Under the pieces are notes generated by a model that searched no databases, was not told the DNA's origin, and saw nothing but the letters and a program-made list of their open reading frames with translations. The position numbers were made by a program, and so were the translations under genes. Shown one piece after another: positions 28,703-38,900 of a stretch of 64,000 nucleotides of DNA. Source of the stretch: Burkholderiales bacterium (lineage in GTDB: Bacteria > Pseudomonadota > Gammaproteobacteria > Burkholderiales > SG8-39); NCBI GenBank assembly GCA_014860445.1, contig JACZJT010000018.1, positions 13,295 through 77,294 of the forward strand, given 5' to 3'. The stretch's first letter is position 1. The number at the start of each line of letters is the position of its first letter.

Positions 28703-28972
28703 CTACTCTTTCTTCGCGAGAAATACGACAGCGCCCTGCGACCCGGCGCGCTCCGCATGCATGACATTTGCGGCAAGGTTGCAACACTCGCCGGTCTGAA
28801 ATACATCCTTTCGGTCTTCAAATTGCAGAGCAAATTCTCCTTCAGTAACCAGCAGCGTTACTGCGAAGTTATGTGTGTGCAATGGGCCGTCAAGATCAGA
28901 GGCGTAGTGTTTGGTTTGAAAATCGGCGAATCCGTTCGCAATCGCCTGTGCACGAAATTCTGACTCAGTCAT
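28703..28972 (-). CDS. Small cupin domain protein
   Basis: 89 aa. ..GPLHTHNFAVTLLVTEGEFAL..FQTGECCNLAANVMHAERAG.. shows the two cupin motifs. Confidence 0.65.
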   Translation of the reverse strand: MTESEFRAQAIANGFADFQTKHYASDLDGPLHTHNFAVTLLVTEGEFALQFEDRKDVFQTGECCNLAANVMHAERAGSQGAVVFLAKKE

Positions 28973-29272
28973 TATTTGACCTTTAGGTTAAGTAGCCGAG
29001 ATTACTTGTATTTGTCAGTTTGTTTTGTTGGGTGGATTTGGCGCTCGAATTTCAACCCACCCGGCTTTCGGCGGACTATGGTAGTGCCCGAAGCTGGCAG
29101 TGACGCTCAACAAGACCCCTAACTGGGGCCGTATAAGACCGTAAATGTGGCGTCGTGCACGATCATATTACGTCCAAACCGTTGTTTCCTCAACCATACG
29201 CCTATCAAGATAGGCACCTGCACACTCAAACAATCTAGGTGCCTCTTGCATGTCTATCAATTATTTCCGGCC

Positions 29273-29515
29273 CTACCCGTTTCGCTTTTCGTCATGCTCG
29301 GCGATGATCCGAGCCAACTCCGGTTCCACTCCGTTCCTGCCAAACTCACCTGGGAACATTTTCCTGAACACCGCGAATCTTTCCGCCGGCAAACTCAATT
29401 CGGCAGACTCCAACACCCGCCGCTTGTGGGTGTTCAAAGCTTCGCAGATGGCGTACAGCACCATCATTGCCCCGGCTCGATCAGTTTCATGCGCTTCTCC
29501 ATCTCGGTCTGCCAC
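29273..29515 (-). CDS. Hypothetical small protein in the AT-rich patch (uncertain)
   Basis: 80-aa ORF from a GTG start; the internal part MMVLYAICEALNTHKRRVLESAELSLPAERFAVFRKMFPGEF.. looks helical. I see no recognisable family and no clear RBS. Neighbouring frames hold short broken ORFs. Confidence 0.25.
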   Translation of the reverse strand: MADRDGEAHETDRAGAMMVLYAICEALNTHKRRVLESAELSLPAERFAVFRKMFPGEFGRNGVEPELARIIAEHDEKRNG

Positions 29516-29940
29516 CTGAACGGATCATGCAGTCCGTCAGACTATTGGTGGAGCCGCCTCAACGCACCAGCCTTGGAGATCGCCGCTTGCCCGAGGCTGT
29601 GTTTCCAGGCTCTTAAGCCAGCCATATCCTTCGGAAGCGCACTCTGGTACAATGCTCGCTCCCTGCACGGCGCAAATTTGTATAAGGCAATGTTTTCGTG
29701 GAAAAATTTCGATAAGCTCGTTTTTTCTGCGTATTCCTACCGAAATCGATTAACGGAAATATGCGGTTTTGAAACCGGTCGAATATCCATCCGACCATAA
29801 ATTTTTTAACTTTGTATTTCAATATATTACAACAAATATTTAACCTAAATTATAGGTTTGTGAGGTCGCTGCGCTGGAGTAAGCGCAGGTAGATTTCGTC
29901 CTTCGCCGGCATACCTTCATATTCGCAAGGAGTACTACAG

Positions 29941-30186
29941 ATGTACGCAGCCCCGATCCTGCAATACCTCAAAAAGAACGGCCAGCAACTCGATCTGGAG
30001 ATCGCAGCCGCAACGGGAATTCCACTTCCCAAGGTGCGCATTTCCCTCTCGGACCTGTCGGCTCGCGGCGAAATATCACGGTGCAGCGTTACGCGGTACA
30101 ACAACGGCAAGGCGGTTGAGGGCATGCTCTGCCGGATTGCGGGGACTATTCCGCCCAAGACACCGGGCAGAAAACCCGGCAGCTGA
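29941..30186 (+). CDS. Small winged-helix DNA-binding protein (hypothetical)
   Basis: 81 aa with AAGGAG 7 nt upstream of the ATG. ..ILQYLKKNGQQLDLEIAAATGIPLPKVRISLSDLSARGEISR.. is an HTH/wHTH-like pattern. A 10-bp-stem hairpin follows at 30210-30232. Confidence 0.55.
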   Translation: MYAAPILQYLKKNGQQLDLEIAAATGIPLPKVRISLSDLSARGEISRCSVTRYNNGKAVEGMLCRIAGTIPPKTPGRKPGS

Positions 30187-30457
30187 ACTTCGTTTGTCGC
30201 TGGACCGAAGCAGAAGGCGCCGCGCCTTCTGCGCCCCCCTCTGCGACGCGGCGCTAGGGTCGCCGCGCATAACAGGAATCTCCGCCGTTTCTACGGCTGG
30301 AATATCAAACTCATCGATCGCCCCGGCATATGCAGCGAGAATCTGCCCGCCTTGCCTGCGTTCGGATGCGACAGGCTGACCGTTAGAAACTACCCTACCC
30401 GCACCGGCCTCCGGCACGGACAGCCAGTGCACCACTTGTGATCAATAGGAGGATTAG

Positions 30458-31213
30458 ATGTTCGAGTGGCTAAGCAGCCCGGAGGCATGGATAGCCCTGG
30501 GCACATTGACCGCGCTGGAAATCGTGCTCGGTATCGACAATATCATTTTCATATCGATCCTGGTCGGGCGCCTGCCCGCTCACCAGCGCGCCTTCGCCAG
30601 AAAACTCGGTCTGGGTCTGGCCATGATCGCCCGCCTCGCCTTGCTGTTTTCCATATCCTGGGTCATGGGGCTGACCGAACCGTGGTTCACGATCTTTAGC
30701 CAGGGAATCTCGGGACGCGACGTCGTCCTCATCGTCGGCGGCCTGTTTCTACTGGCCAAGGCAACCCACGAAATACATAACAGCCTGGAGGGCGTGGAAG
30801 ACGAAGGCCCCGCTGTCGCCGCTGCCGGACTCGGAATGGTACTGACACAGATTGCAGTTCTAGATATCGTCTTTTCGCTGGATTCGGTGATCACCGCCGT
30901 CGGCCTGGTCGATCATGTTTCCATCATGGCGATCGCTATCATTCTTGCGGTCGCGGTCATGCTGGGCGCAGCGAAATCCATCGGGGATTTTGTCGACGAG
31001 CATCCGACGATCAAGATGCTCGCGCTTTCATTTCTGCTCCTCGTCGGCGTCACTCTCATGGCGGAGGGCTTCGATGTGCACGTACCGAAGGGTTATATCT
31101 ATTTCGCCATGGCATTCTCCGTGGCGGTGGAGATGCTCAATATCCGGATGCGCAAGCTTCGTTCGAAACCGATCAGACTGCACAAGCAGATACGCGACCG
31201 TGACGAAACATAA
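30458..31213 (+). CDS. TerC family integral membrane protein
   Basis: 251 aa with AGGAGG upstream. ..LEIVLGIDNIIFISIL.. and ..LDIVFSLDSVITAVG.. are the duplicated TerC motifs. Confidence 0.9.
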   Translation: MFEWLSSPEAWIALGTLTALEIVLGIDNIIFISILVGRLPAHQRAFARKLGLGLAMIARLALLFSISWVMGLTEPWFTIFSQGISGRDVVLIVGGLFLLAKATHEIHNSLEGVEDEGPAVAAAGLGMVLTQIAVLDIVFSLDSVITAVGLVDHVSIMAIAIILAVAVMLGAAKSIGDFVDEHPTIKMLALSFLLLVGVTLMAEGFDVHVPKGYIYFAMAFSVAVEMLNIRMRKLRSKPIRLHKQIRDRDET

Positions 31214-31266
31214 GCGGGATGATCATCCGGGCTTTGGGAACCCGTTCAACAACCGATGCCGTCCAA

Positions 31267-32058
31267 TCAACGCAGGCAGGCGCCCGGGAGCATGAACTGA
31301 GCGCCTGAGGCCAGCCCAACCGAGACCCGGTTCGATGCATACACTTTGATCGGCCCGGTGATTGCCGCGGAAAGCGCGCATCGGCCGGTTTCGACCAACA
31401 CGCCGTTCTTGAGCGCGATCACGCGCAGCTTGCGCCGCGTCGCGTCCGGCACCAGCAGGCGCATGCGCCCCTCGATGGACAGTGGCGTCGACAAAGCCAA
31501 TTCAGTCGTGCCGTAGACATGATTTGAAAAGCCCTCAAGCGCCGCGAGTTCGACCAACTCTGCGCCCTTTCGGCCATACACCTTCAGCATGCCGCCGATG
31601 TGCGGCGTGATGACTGCGGCGATTTCCGCGCGACCATCGCCGTCCAGATCCGCCACGCCCACCGGATTCAGCCAGCGCTTCGGCGTTCCGATCGGCGCGG
31701 ATTGCGCGGCGATCTCCAGTCCGTCGCCACCCAGGCCGATGAGCGCGAGACGCGCACCGCTGTCGATTCGGCTGATGATGGCAAGAAGATGGGACGGCCC
31801 GCTTGCAGTCAGCTTGACCAGCCGCGGCGCGAGATCCTCGAAGACATCGTGTTCCGGCAGGTCCAGCGTAAGGATGCGTCCACTGCTCGTGTTTGCGCTC
31901 AGGCGCGCGTATTCGTGCGGCCGACCAAGCGCGAAATGTCCATAGCGTTCGACAGGCGCGGTGTAGCGCGCGTCAAGGATAGTTTCTGCGCCGGCGGCGG
32001 ATCCCGTCAGCGCAAACAGGAGGATGGCGCGTTCTAAAACGCGGAAAATTTGCGCCAT
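31267..32058 (-). CDS. Secreted FG-GAP/VCBS-repeat-like protein
   Basis: ORF 31267-32484 overlaps the permease gene; the likely start is the ATG at 32056-32058 (MAQIFRVLERAILLFALTGSAAGAE.., a signal peptide). It contains ..VGVADLDGDGRAEIAAV... Confidence 0.65.
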   Translation of the reverse strand: MAQIFRVLERAILLFALTGSAAGAETILDARYTAPVERYGHFALGRPHEYARLSANTSSGRILTLDLPEHDVFEDLAPRLVKLTASGPSHLLAIISRIDSGARLALIGLGGDGLEIAAQSAPIGTPKRWLNPVGVADLDGDGRAEIAAVITPHIGGMLKVYGRKGAELVELAALEGFSNHVYGTTELALSTPLSIEGRMRLLVPDATRRKLRVIALKNGVLVETGRCALSAAITGPIKVYASNRVSVGLASGAQFMLPGACLR

Positions 32059-32069
32059 GTGGCGGCCGA

Positions 32070-34655
32070 TCACTTTGCACGTTTTTCGCGACGGGCGCGC
32101 TGCAGCAGAATGACAATGGCTAGCAGCAGGAGCGCTGGAAGGAACACCCACTCCTTGTCGGGGCGATCTGCTTCGAGTTCGATCGTGGTGATTTTGAATC
32201 CGGGTTCCAGGCCGAGCTTTTCGGACTGGCTGCCGAATCCTACCTGCCCGACGCTCACGTCCGTGCCCAGTGTTACCAGCGTGAGGCCGATTTTCTTCAA
32301 GCGCTCGCGTGCCGGCGCCTTCGGTCCGAGCGGCAACAGCACACCTTTCTTGACTTCCCTGCCTTCCATTGTCAGGCCCTCGACCCACATGCGCAAGCGA
32401 TCGTCGGCGGGTTTGGCCTCGATCACTTTCATGATCTCGGTCGCCGGGGCCTGAACGTGGGGGGGATAAACCGTATCCCACCAATAACCGGGCCGGAACA
32501 GGGTGAAGGCGATCAGGAACAGCGCAATGGTTTCGAACCAGCGCGTGCGCACCAAAAAATGGCCCTGCGTCGCTGCAGCAAATACCAGCATGCCCACGGT
32601 CGCGCTGACGACGGTAATGATCAGGTGCGGGACGCTATCAATGCCGATCATCAGCAGTTGCGTATTAAAAATGAACAGGAAGGGCAGTACCGCGGTGCGC
32701 AGGCTGTAAAAGAACGCGGTAATCCCGACCTTGATCGGGTCGGTCCGTGCGATCGCCGCCGCGGCGAACGAGGCGAGGCCGACCGGTGGCGTGACGTCGG
32801 CCATCAGGCCAAAATAGAACACGAACATGTGCACCGCGATCAACGGCACCAGCAAGCCGCTCTGCGCACCGAGTTCTACCACAACGGGCGCCATCAAGGT
32901 CGAGACGACAATGTAGTTGGCTGTGGTCGGCAGGCCCATGCCGAGGATCAGACTGATCACCGCGACCAGAAACAGCATCACCATCAGATTGCCGCCCGAG
33001 ATGAGTTCTACGATCTCGGTCATCACCAGGCCGATGCCGGTAAGTGACACCGTGCCGACGATGATGCCGGCGGCCGCAGTCGCGACACCGATGCCGATCA
33101 TGTTGCGCGCACCGGCGACCATGCCGTCGAGCAGGTCGAGAAAACCTTGTTTCACCGAGGCGGTCATATCACCCTCGCCGCGAAACTGGACCATCAGCGG
33201 ACGCTGCGTAATCATCACCACGATCATGAACAGCGTCGCCCAGAATGCCGAAAGTCCGGGCGAGAGTTCCTCGACCATCAGGCACCAAATCAGCACCACT
33301 ACAGACAACAGGTAGTGCAAACCGGATTTCAGGGTCGGTGCGGTCTCGGGTAGCTCAAACACCGGCGCGTCCGGGTCATCGAGTTCGAGCACCGGTTGAC
33401 GCGAACCAAACCACACCAGGCCGATGTAGGCGGCGACCAGGCCGACGCCGATGACATACGTCGACCCGGCGGGAAACACGCCCTTGATCCAGCCGATTCC
33501 CCAGTAGACGATTCCGGAGAGGACGACGAGGCCGCTGACGGTCATCAGGTACGCGGTAGTGCGCTGCACAAACGTCGACTGGCCGCGGCGCGGCAAGCCA
33601 GTGAGGTTCGCCTTCAGTGCTTCCAGATGCACAATATAGAACAGCGCGATATAGGAGATGATCGCCGGGAGGAACGCGTGCTTTATCACCTGGGTATAGG
33701 GAATGCCGACGTACTCGACCATCAGAAACGCCGCTGCACCCATCACCGGCGGCATCAACTGTCCGTTGACCGAACTCGACACTTCGACCGCTGCTGCCTG
33801 ATCGGGCCGATAGCCAACCCGCTTCATGAGCGGAATCGTAAAGGTGCCGGTCGTCACCACGTTGGCAATCGAGGATCCGGAGATAATGCCGGTAGCCGCA
33901 GAGGACACTACCGCCGCCTTGGCCGGGCCGCCGCGCATATGGCCAAGCAGTGCGAAAGCGGATTTGATGAAGTAGTTGCCCGCGCCCGCTCGATCGAGCA
34001 GCGAGCCGAACAGGACGAAAAGAAATATGAAGCTCGTGGATACTCCGAGCGCGATGCCGAACACACCCTCTGTGGTGATCCACATGTGCGACATGCCCTT
34101 GGAGAGCGACGCGCCCTGGTGCGCGATCATGTCCGGCATGTACTGCCCTGCAAAGACATAGACGAGAAACACGATCGCGACGATCGCCATCGCCGGTCCC
34201 AGCGCGCGCCGCGCGGCCTCGAGCAGCAGCACTATACCGACGACAGCGACGACAAGATCCGTGGTCGTCGGCAGGCCGGGCCGTGTCGATAACTGCGTAT
34301 AAAACAGAAAGATGTACCCGGCACATAGCGCGCCTGCGGCGGCGAATATCCAGTCGAGGGCGGGAATGTATGCGCGCGGCGAACGCGTGAACGCCGGATA
34401 CGATGTGAAAGTCAGGAAGATTGCGAAGGCGAGGTGAATCGAGCGCGCCTCCGTGGCGTTGAAGACAAGTATGCCGAAAGTATAGGGTAGAGGCGATGCG
34501 TACCAGAGTTGGAATACGGACCACGCGAGCGCGATGCCCATCATGGCCTTGGCAACCGCGCCGCTGGGCGCGCGACCTCCCATATCGACTTCGGCCACCA
34601 ACTCCTTCACGTCGACATGGTCGCGTGCGGTGCTGTCTTTATTCTGGTTGGCCAT
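32070..34655 (-). CDS. TRAP transporter fused permease (TAXI-type 4TM/12TM fusion with C-terminal extension)
   Basis: ORF 32070-34769 trimmed to MANQNKDSTARD.. (ATG 34653-34655, AGGAGGG upstream). It is a very hydrophobic ~700-aa core followed by a ~150-aa soluble-looking tail and a final TM segment. Confidence 0.88.
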   Translation of the reverse strand: MANQNKDSTARDHVDVKELVAEVDMGGRAPSGAVAKAMMGIALAWSVFQLWYASPLPYTFGILVFNATEARSIHLAFAIFLTFTSYPAFTRSPRAYIPALDWIFAAAGALCAGYIFLFYTQLSTRPGLPTTTDLVVAVVGIVLLLEAARRALGPAMAIVAIVFLVYVFAGQYMPDMIAHQGASLSKGMSHMWITTEGVFGIALGVSTSFIFLFVLFGSLLDRAGAGNYFIKSAFALLGHMRGGPAKAAVVSSAATGIISGSSIANVVTTGTFTIPLMKRVGYRPDQAAAVEVSSSVNGQLMPPVMGAAAFLMVEYVGIPYTQVIKHAFLPAIISYIALFYIVHLEALKANLTGLPRRGQSTFVQRTTAYLMTVSGLVVLSGIVYWGIGWIKGVFPAGSTYVIGVGLVAAYIGLVWFGSRQPVLELDDPDAPVFELPETAPTLKSGLHYLLSVVVLIWCLMVEELSPGLSAFWATLFMIVVMITQRPLMVQFRGEGDMTASVKQGFLDLLDGMVAGARNMIGIGVATAAAGIIVGTVSLTGIGLVMTEIVELISGGNLMVMLFLVAVISLILGMGLPTTANYIVVSTLMAPVVVELGAQSGLLVPLIAVHMFVFYFGLMADVTPPVGLASFAAAAIARTDPIKVGITAFFYSLRTAVLPFLFIFNTQLLMIGIDSVPHLIITVVSATVGMLVFAAATQGHFLVRTRWFETIALFLIAFTLFRPGYWWDTVYPPHVQAPATEIMKVIEAKPADDRLRMWVEGLTMEGREVKKGVLLPLGPKAPARERLKKIGLTLVTLGTDVSVGQVGFGSQSEKLGLEPGFKITTIELEADRPDKEWVFLPALLLLAIVILLQRARREKRAK

Positions 34656-34723
34656 ACACCCTCCTGGGTAGCCTATAGCGCAGGAATCCAAGGACGCGAC
34701 GGGCCGGCGCGACGCGCATATCG

Positions 34724-34760
34724 GACAAAAAACAGGCCGGGTGCAGCGCGCCCGGCCTGG
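34724..34760 (-). terminator. Hairpin plus T-run between the TAXI receptor and permease genes
   Basis: On the minus strand, CAGGCCGGG-(9 nt)-CCCGGCCTG is followed by TTTTTTG. The layout matches the one at 12751-12782. Confidence 0.5.
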
Positions 34761-34780
34761 ATCCGCCAAGCGGGCTTAGC

Positions 34781-35752
34781 TTACATCCAACCTTTTTCTT
34801 TATAGTATTTTATCGCACCGTCATGCAGCGGCGCGGACAGGCCGTCCTTGATCATGTGTTTCGGGTCGAGATGCGCAAACGCCGGGTGCAGCTTTTTGAA
34901 ATCCTCGAAGTTTTCGAACACCGCCTTTACGACCTGGTACACGGATTCCGCCGGCACCTTGCTTGACGAAACGAAAGTCGCCAGCACGCCGTAGGTCTCG
35001 GTCGGGTTCGGATTGTTCGCATACAGGCCGCCCGGGATCGTCGCCTTCGCATAGTAGGGGCTGCCTTTCAGGAGCTTGTCTACCGCCGGACCGGTCACGG
35101 GAACGAGTTTCGCACCGCAGGTAGTGGTCGGGTCCTGGATGTTGGCCGAGGGGTGGCCGACACCGTAGAAGAAGCCATCGATCTTGTTGTCGCACAGCGC
35201 GGCGCCGTGCTCGTCAGCCTTCAGTTCGGAGGCGAGCGAAAAATCGCTGGTTTTCCATCCCATCGCGCCGAGCAACTCTTCCATGGAGGCGCGCGTGCCC
35301 GAACCCGGGTTGCCGATGTTGAAACGCTTTCCCTTCAGGTCGGCAAAAGTCTTGACGCCCGCTTCCTTGCGCACCAGCACGGTGAACGGTTCCGGGTGGA
35401 TGGAGAACACCGCGCGCAGCTCTTTGAAGGGTCCCTGGGCCTTGAAGACGCTGTCGCCCTTCTCCGCGTGATACTGCCAGTCGGACTGCGCCACGCCCAT
35501 GTCGAGCTCGCCGGCCCGAATGGTGTTGATGTTGTAGACCGAGCCGCCCGTGCTCTCTACCGAACAACGGATGCCGTGGCTCTTGCGGTCCTTGTTCACG
35601 AGACGGCAGATCGCGCCGCCCGCAGCGTAGTACACGCCTGTGACGCCGCCTGTGCCGATGGTGATGAATTTTTGCTGTGCAAGCGCCGCCGGGGCCGGTA
35701 GCATCAAAGCGACCGCCAGTGCCAGTCCTAGGGATTGAAAAGGAATACGCAT
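34781..35752 (-). CDS. TRAP transporter solute-binding protein, TAXI family
   Basis: ORF trimmed to [27 protein letters not shown].. (ATG 35750-35752, AAGGAG upstream). ..[22 protein letters not shown].. is the TAXI signature. Confidence 0.9.
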   Translation of the reverse strand: MRIPFQSLGLALAVALMLPAPAALAQQKFITIGTGGVTGVYYAAGGAICRLVNKDRKSHGIRCSVESTGGSVYNINTIRAGELDMGVAQSDWQYHAEKGDSVFKAQGPFKELRAVFSIHPEPFTVLVRKEAGVKTFADLKGKRFNIGNPGSGTRASMEELLGAMGWKTSDFSLASELKADEHGAALCDNKIDGFFYGVGHPSANIQDPTTTCGAKLVPVTGPAVDKLLKGSPYYAKATIPGGLYANNPNPTETYGVLATFVSSSKVPAESVYQVVKAVFENFEDFKKLHPAFAHLDPKHMIKDGLSAPLHDGAIKYYKEKGWM

Positions 35753-35920
35753 GCTTATTCTCCTTACGTGCAAGGTTTTGGAAGCCGGCTCCAATGGCTG
35801 AAAGAGCGCTGCCGGTGGGCTTGGATTACCGGATTGGATCCATACTGGAAACGTAACTTACATTCAGACAATACAAGGTATTAAGCGAGCATGTCAACCG
35901 CGCATTCGACGCCAATTTGC

Positions 35921-38900
35921 TTACGCCAAACCGCGGAGTTCGCGCAAAACCACTGAATGCATGGCGATATCCGGCGCCGTGGCGGTTCGAATTTCCGCCA
36001 TCAGTTGCTGGTATCGATCGAAATGGAAGACGCGGCGCCCTTTCCAAGCCTCCAGAAGTTGCGCTCTGTCTTCCTGGTCCGGACCTTCGCGCAGCACCTG
36101 GGCGGTCAGTTCGCGTGCCTGATTGGACAGATCGTCGCGTAGTGCTGTCTTGGCCAGGCCCTGCCAGTGCGTTCTTACGTTCAGATCGTCGATCTGATTG
36201 CCCAGCCAATGCAGATTCAGCAGGCCGCCCAGGGCGAAATAGACCTGCGCGACCAATTCGACAGGCCGCTTGAGCCCCGTGGCGACTTCGACGATGTCCA
36301 GTGCGGAATACAGTTCTTCCAGTACTGCGATTCGCTCTGCCAGCGGCATGGGAACACCGAGTTCCGAGTAATGCCGGATATCATCGTCGAGCTGCGTCCG
36401 GAAATCCGCTGCGACGACCTGGTAAAGATTGCCCGCAAGTTGTTCGACGCTGGCGCGAAAATGCTCACGGGTCTTGGCGAGATCTTGCAGGTGATCGCGG
36501 CGGCGCAGGAACCACAGCGTGCCCCGGTGAACCAGGCGCAGGCACTCGAGCACCATCTCGGTTTGCGTCGCATCGGCAATCCGGTTGTCCAGCGCCTCGA
36601 TGGTCTGCCACAACGGGACCAGTCCGAACACTTCTCTTGTGGCGATATAGGCCCGAACGATGTCCGGTATCGCCGCACCGGTTTCCTGCTGCAATCGATG
36701 GACAAAACTGGGACCCACCCGGTTGACCATGCTGTTGACCACATGGGTGGCGATGATCTCTCGTCGCAGAGGATGGCGCTGAATGTGATCCGGGAAGCGC
36801 GTCCGCAGCGGCTGCGGAAAGTGACGCTCCAGCGCTGTGCGGATGTAGGGATCTTCGGGAACGTCTGAGATCAGCAAGGTATCGAACAACTCCATTTTGC
36901 TATAGGCAAGGAGCACCGCTACCTCGGGCGTGGTAAGCCCGATACCCGCCGTTTTGCGCTCGCTTATCGCCTCCTCGAACGGCAGGTATTCGACGCGCCG
37001 GTTGAGCCGGCCGAGCTTGGCGAGATATTGCATATAACGCCCCTGCGCATCCAGCAGCTCCTTGGCACGCGCGCTGCTCACCGACAAGATCTGGGTCTGA
37101 AAATAATTGTCCCGCAATACCAGTGCCGCCACGTCGTCCGTCATTTCGACCAGCAGCTGGTTGCGCTGACTTTCCGTCAGCAGGCCGTCTTCGATGACGA
37201 GATTGAGCAGGATCTTGATGTTCACTTCGTGGTCCGAACAATCGACACCGGCCGAGTTGTCGATCGCGTCGGTGTTGATGCTCCCGCCCTTCAAGGCAAA
37301 TTCGATCCGACCCAGTTGCGTCAGGCCGAGGTTGCCGCCTTCGGCGACGACGCGGCAGCGCAAGTCCGCGCCGTTGACCCGAACGGCGTCGTTGGCCTTG
37401 TCGCCGACATCGGCATTGGACTCGCCGCTGCCCTTGACGTATGTACCGATCCCGCCGTTGTAGAGCAGGTCCGCGGGTGCGAGCAGCAGCGCCCGTATCA
37501 ATTCCTGCGGCGCCAGGACCTCGGCCTCGATCCCCAGCGCCGCGCGCGCCTGAGCGGAAAGCCTGATCGACTTGGCGCTGCGCGCGTAGATACCGCCGCC
37601 GGGCGAAAGTAGTTTGCTGTTGTAGTCTGCCCAGGACGAGCGCGGCATTTTGAACAGGCGTTCGCGTTCTGCAAAGCTGGAAGCCGGATCGGGATCGGGA
37701 TCGATGAAAATATGGCGGTGATCGGCTGCAGCGATCAACTTGATGTGCCTGGACAGCAGCATGCCGTTGCCGAACACGTCGCCCGACATGTCGCCTATGC
37801 CCACCACGGTGAAATCCTGTTCCTGGGTATCGAGCTTGAGTACGCGGAAGTGCCGCTTTACCGACTCCCATGCGCCTCGCGCGGTAATCGCCATCTTCTT
37901 GTGGTCGTATCCGACCGATCCGCCCGAAGCGAACGCGTCGTCGAGCCAGAAACCGTATTCCTTGGACACCGCATTGGCGTAGTCGGAAAAAGTCGCAGTT
38001 CCCTTGTCTGCGGCCACTACCAGGTAGGGGTCGTCTTCGTCCCGGCGCACAACGTTCACAGGCGGCACCACTTTGCCGGCAAGCAGGTTGTCTGTGATGT
38101 CCAGCAGGCCGCGCAGGAACAAGTGGTAACACGCGATCCCCTCCTTCAAAATCGCCTCGCGCTCGCCGGATGCGGGGGGATTCTTCACCACAAACCCCCC
38201 TTTCGATCCGACCGGCACGATCACCACGTTCTTCACCATCTGGGCCTTCATCAGGCCAAGTACCTCGGTACGAAAATCTTCCATCCGATCCGACCAGCGC
38301 AAGCCTCCGCGTGCCACTTTTCCGCCGCGCAGATGGATGCCCTCTACGCGCGGCGAGTAGACAAATATCTCGAACAGCGGCTTCGGCTCGGGCAAGCCGG
38401 GGACCAGGCTGGAATTGAGCTTGAAGGACAAGCAGGGCTTCGCAACCCCGCCGGCGAGTTGAAAGTAGTTGGTTCGAACCGTGGCCTGGATTACCGCCAG
38501 ATACTGGCGCAGGATGCGGTCTTCATCCAGATTGGCGACCGTCTCGAGCGCCGCCTGGATGTTTGCAACGAGTTCCGCGGCGCGCTCCGGCCTCCCGGCG
38601 TCCCGGGCCGGATCGAAAAGCGCTTCGAACAGTCCCAGCAGACTGCGGGCGACATTCGCGTGCGTCGTCAGCGTCTGCGCCATATAGATCTGGCTGAAAG
38701 TAAACCCCGCCTGCTTCAGGTATTTGGCATACGCGCGCAACAGGGCAACTTCGCGCCAGTTCATCCTGGCGGCCAGAACCAGCCGGTTGAAGTCGTCGTT
38801 CTCCGCCTCGCCGCGCCAGGCGCGCAAGAAGCATTCTTCGAACATTTTTCCGACACTGCCGAAATCCAGGTCGGACACGCCGGGATAATTCAGACCGATG

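Noticed and set aside
29030-29075. GGGTGG...CCACCC inverted repeat with a TCGAAT-containing loop; considered as a tRNA 3' fragment or att site at the island edge
   Set aside because: It cannot be folded into a T-arm/acceptor arrangement, has no matching direct repeat elsewhere in the window and no adjacent integrase.
29613-29822. 69-aa minus-strand ORF (and 29147-29800 plus, 29850-30158 minus) in the AT-rich patch
   Set aside because: The composition is implausible (Arg/Phe/Lys-rich, no hydrophobic core pattern), there are no RBSs, and the ORFs overlap one another. I kept only 29273-29515 (low confidence) and 29941-30186.
30190-30457. Possible yybP-ykoY (Mn2+) riboswitch or alx-type leader upstream of the TerC-family gene
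   Set aside because: I searched the 270-nt leader by eye for the conserved GGGGAGUAG and GACAUA/AGACC elements and did not find them. Only a generic GC hairpin (30210-30232) is present. A covariance-model scan would be decisive.
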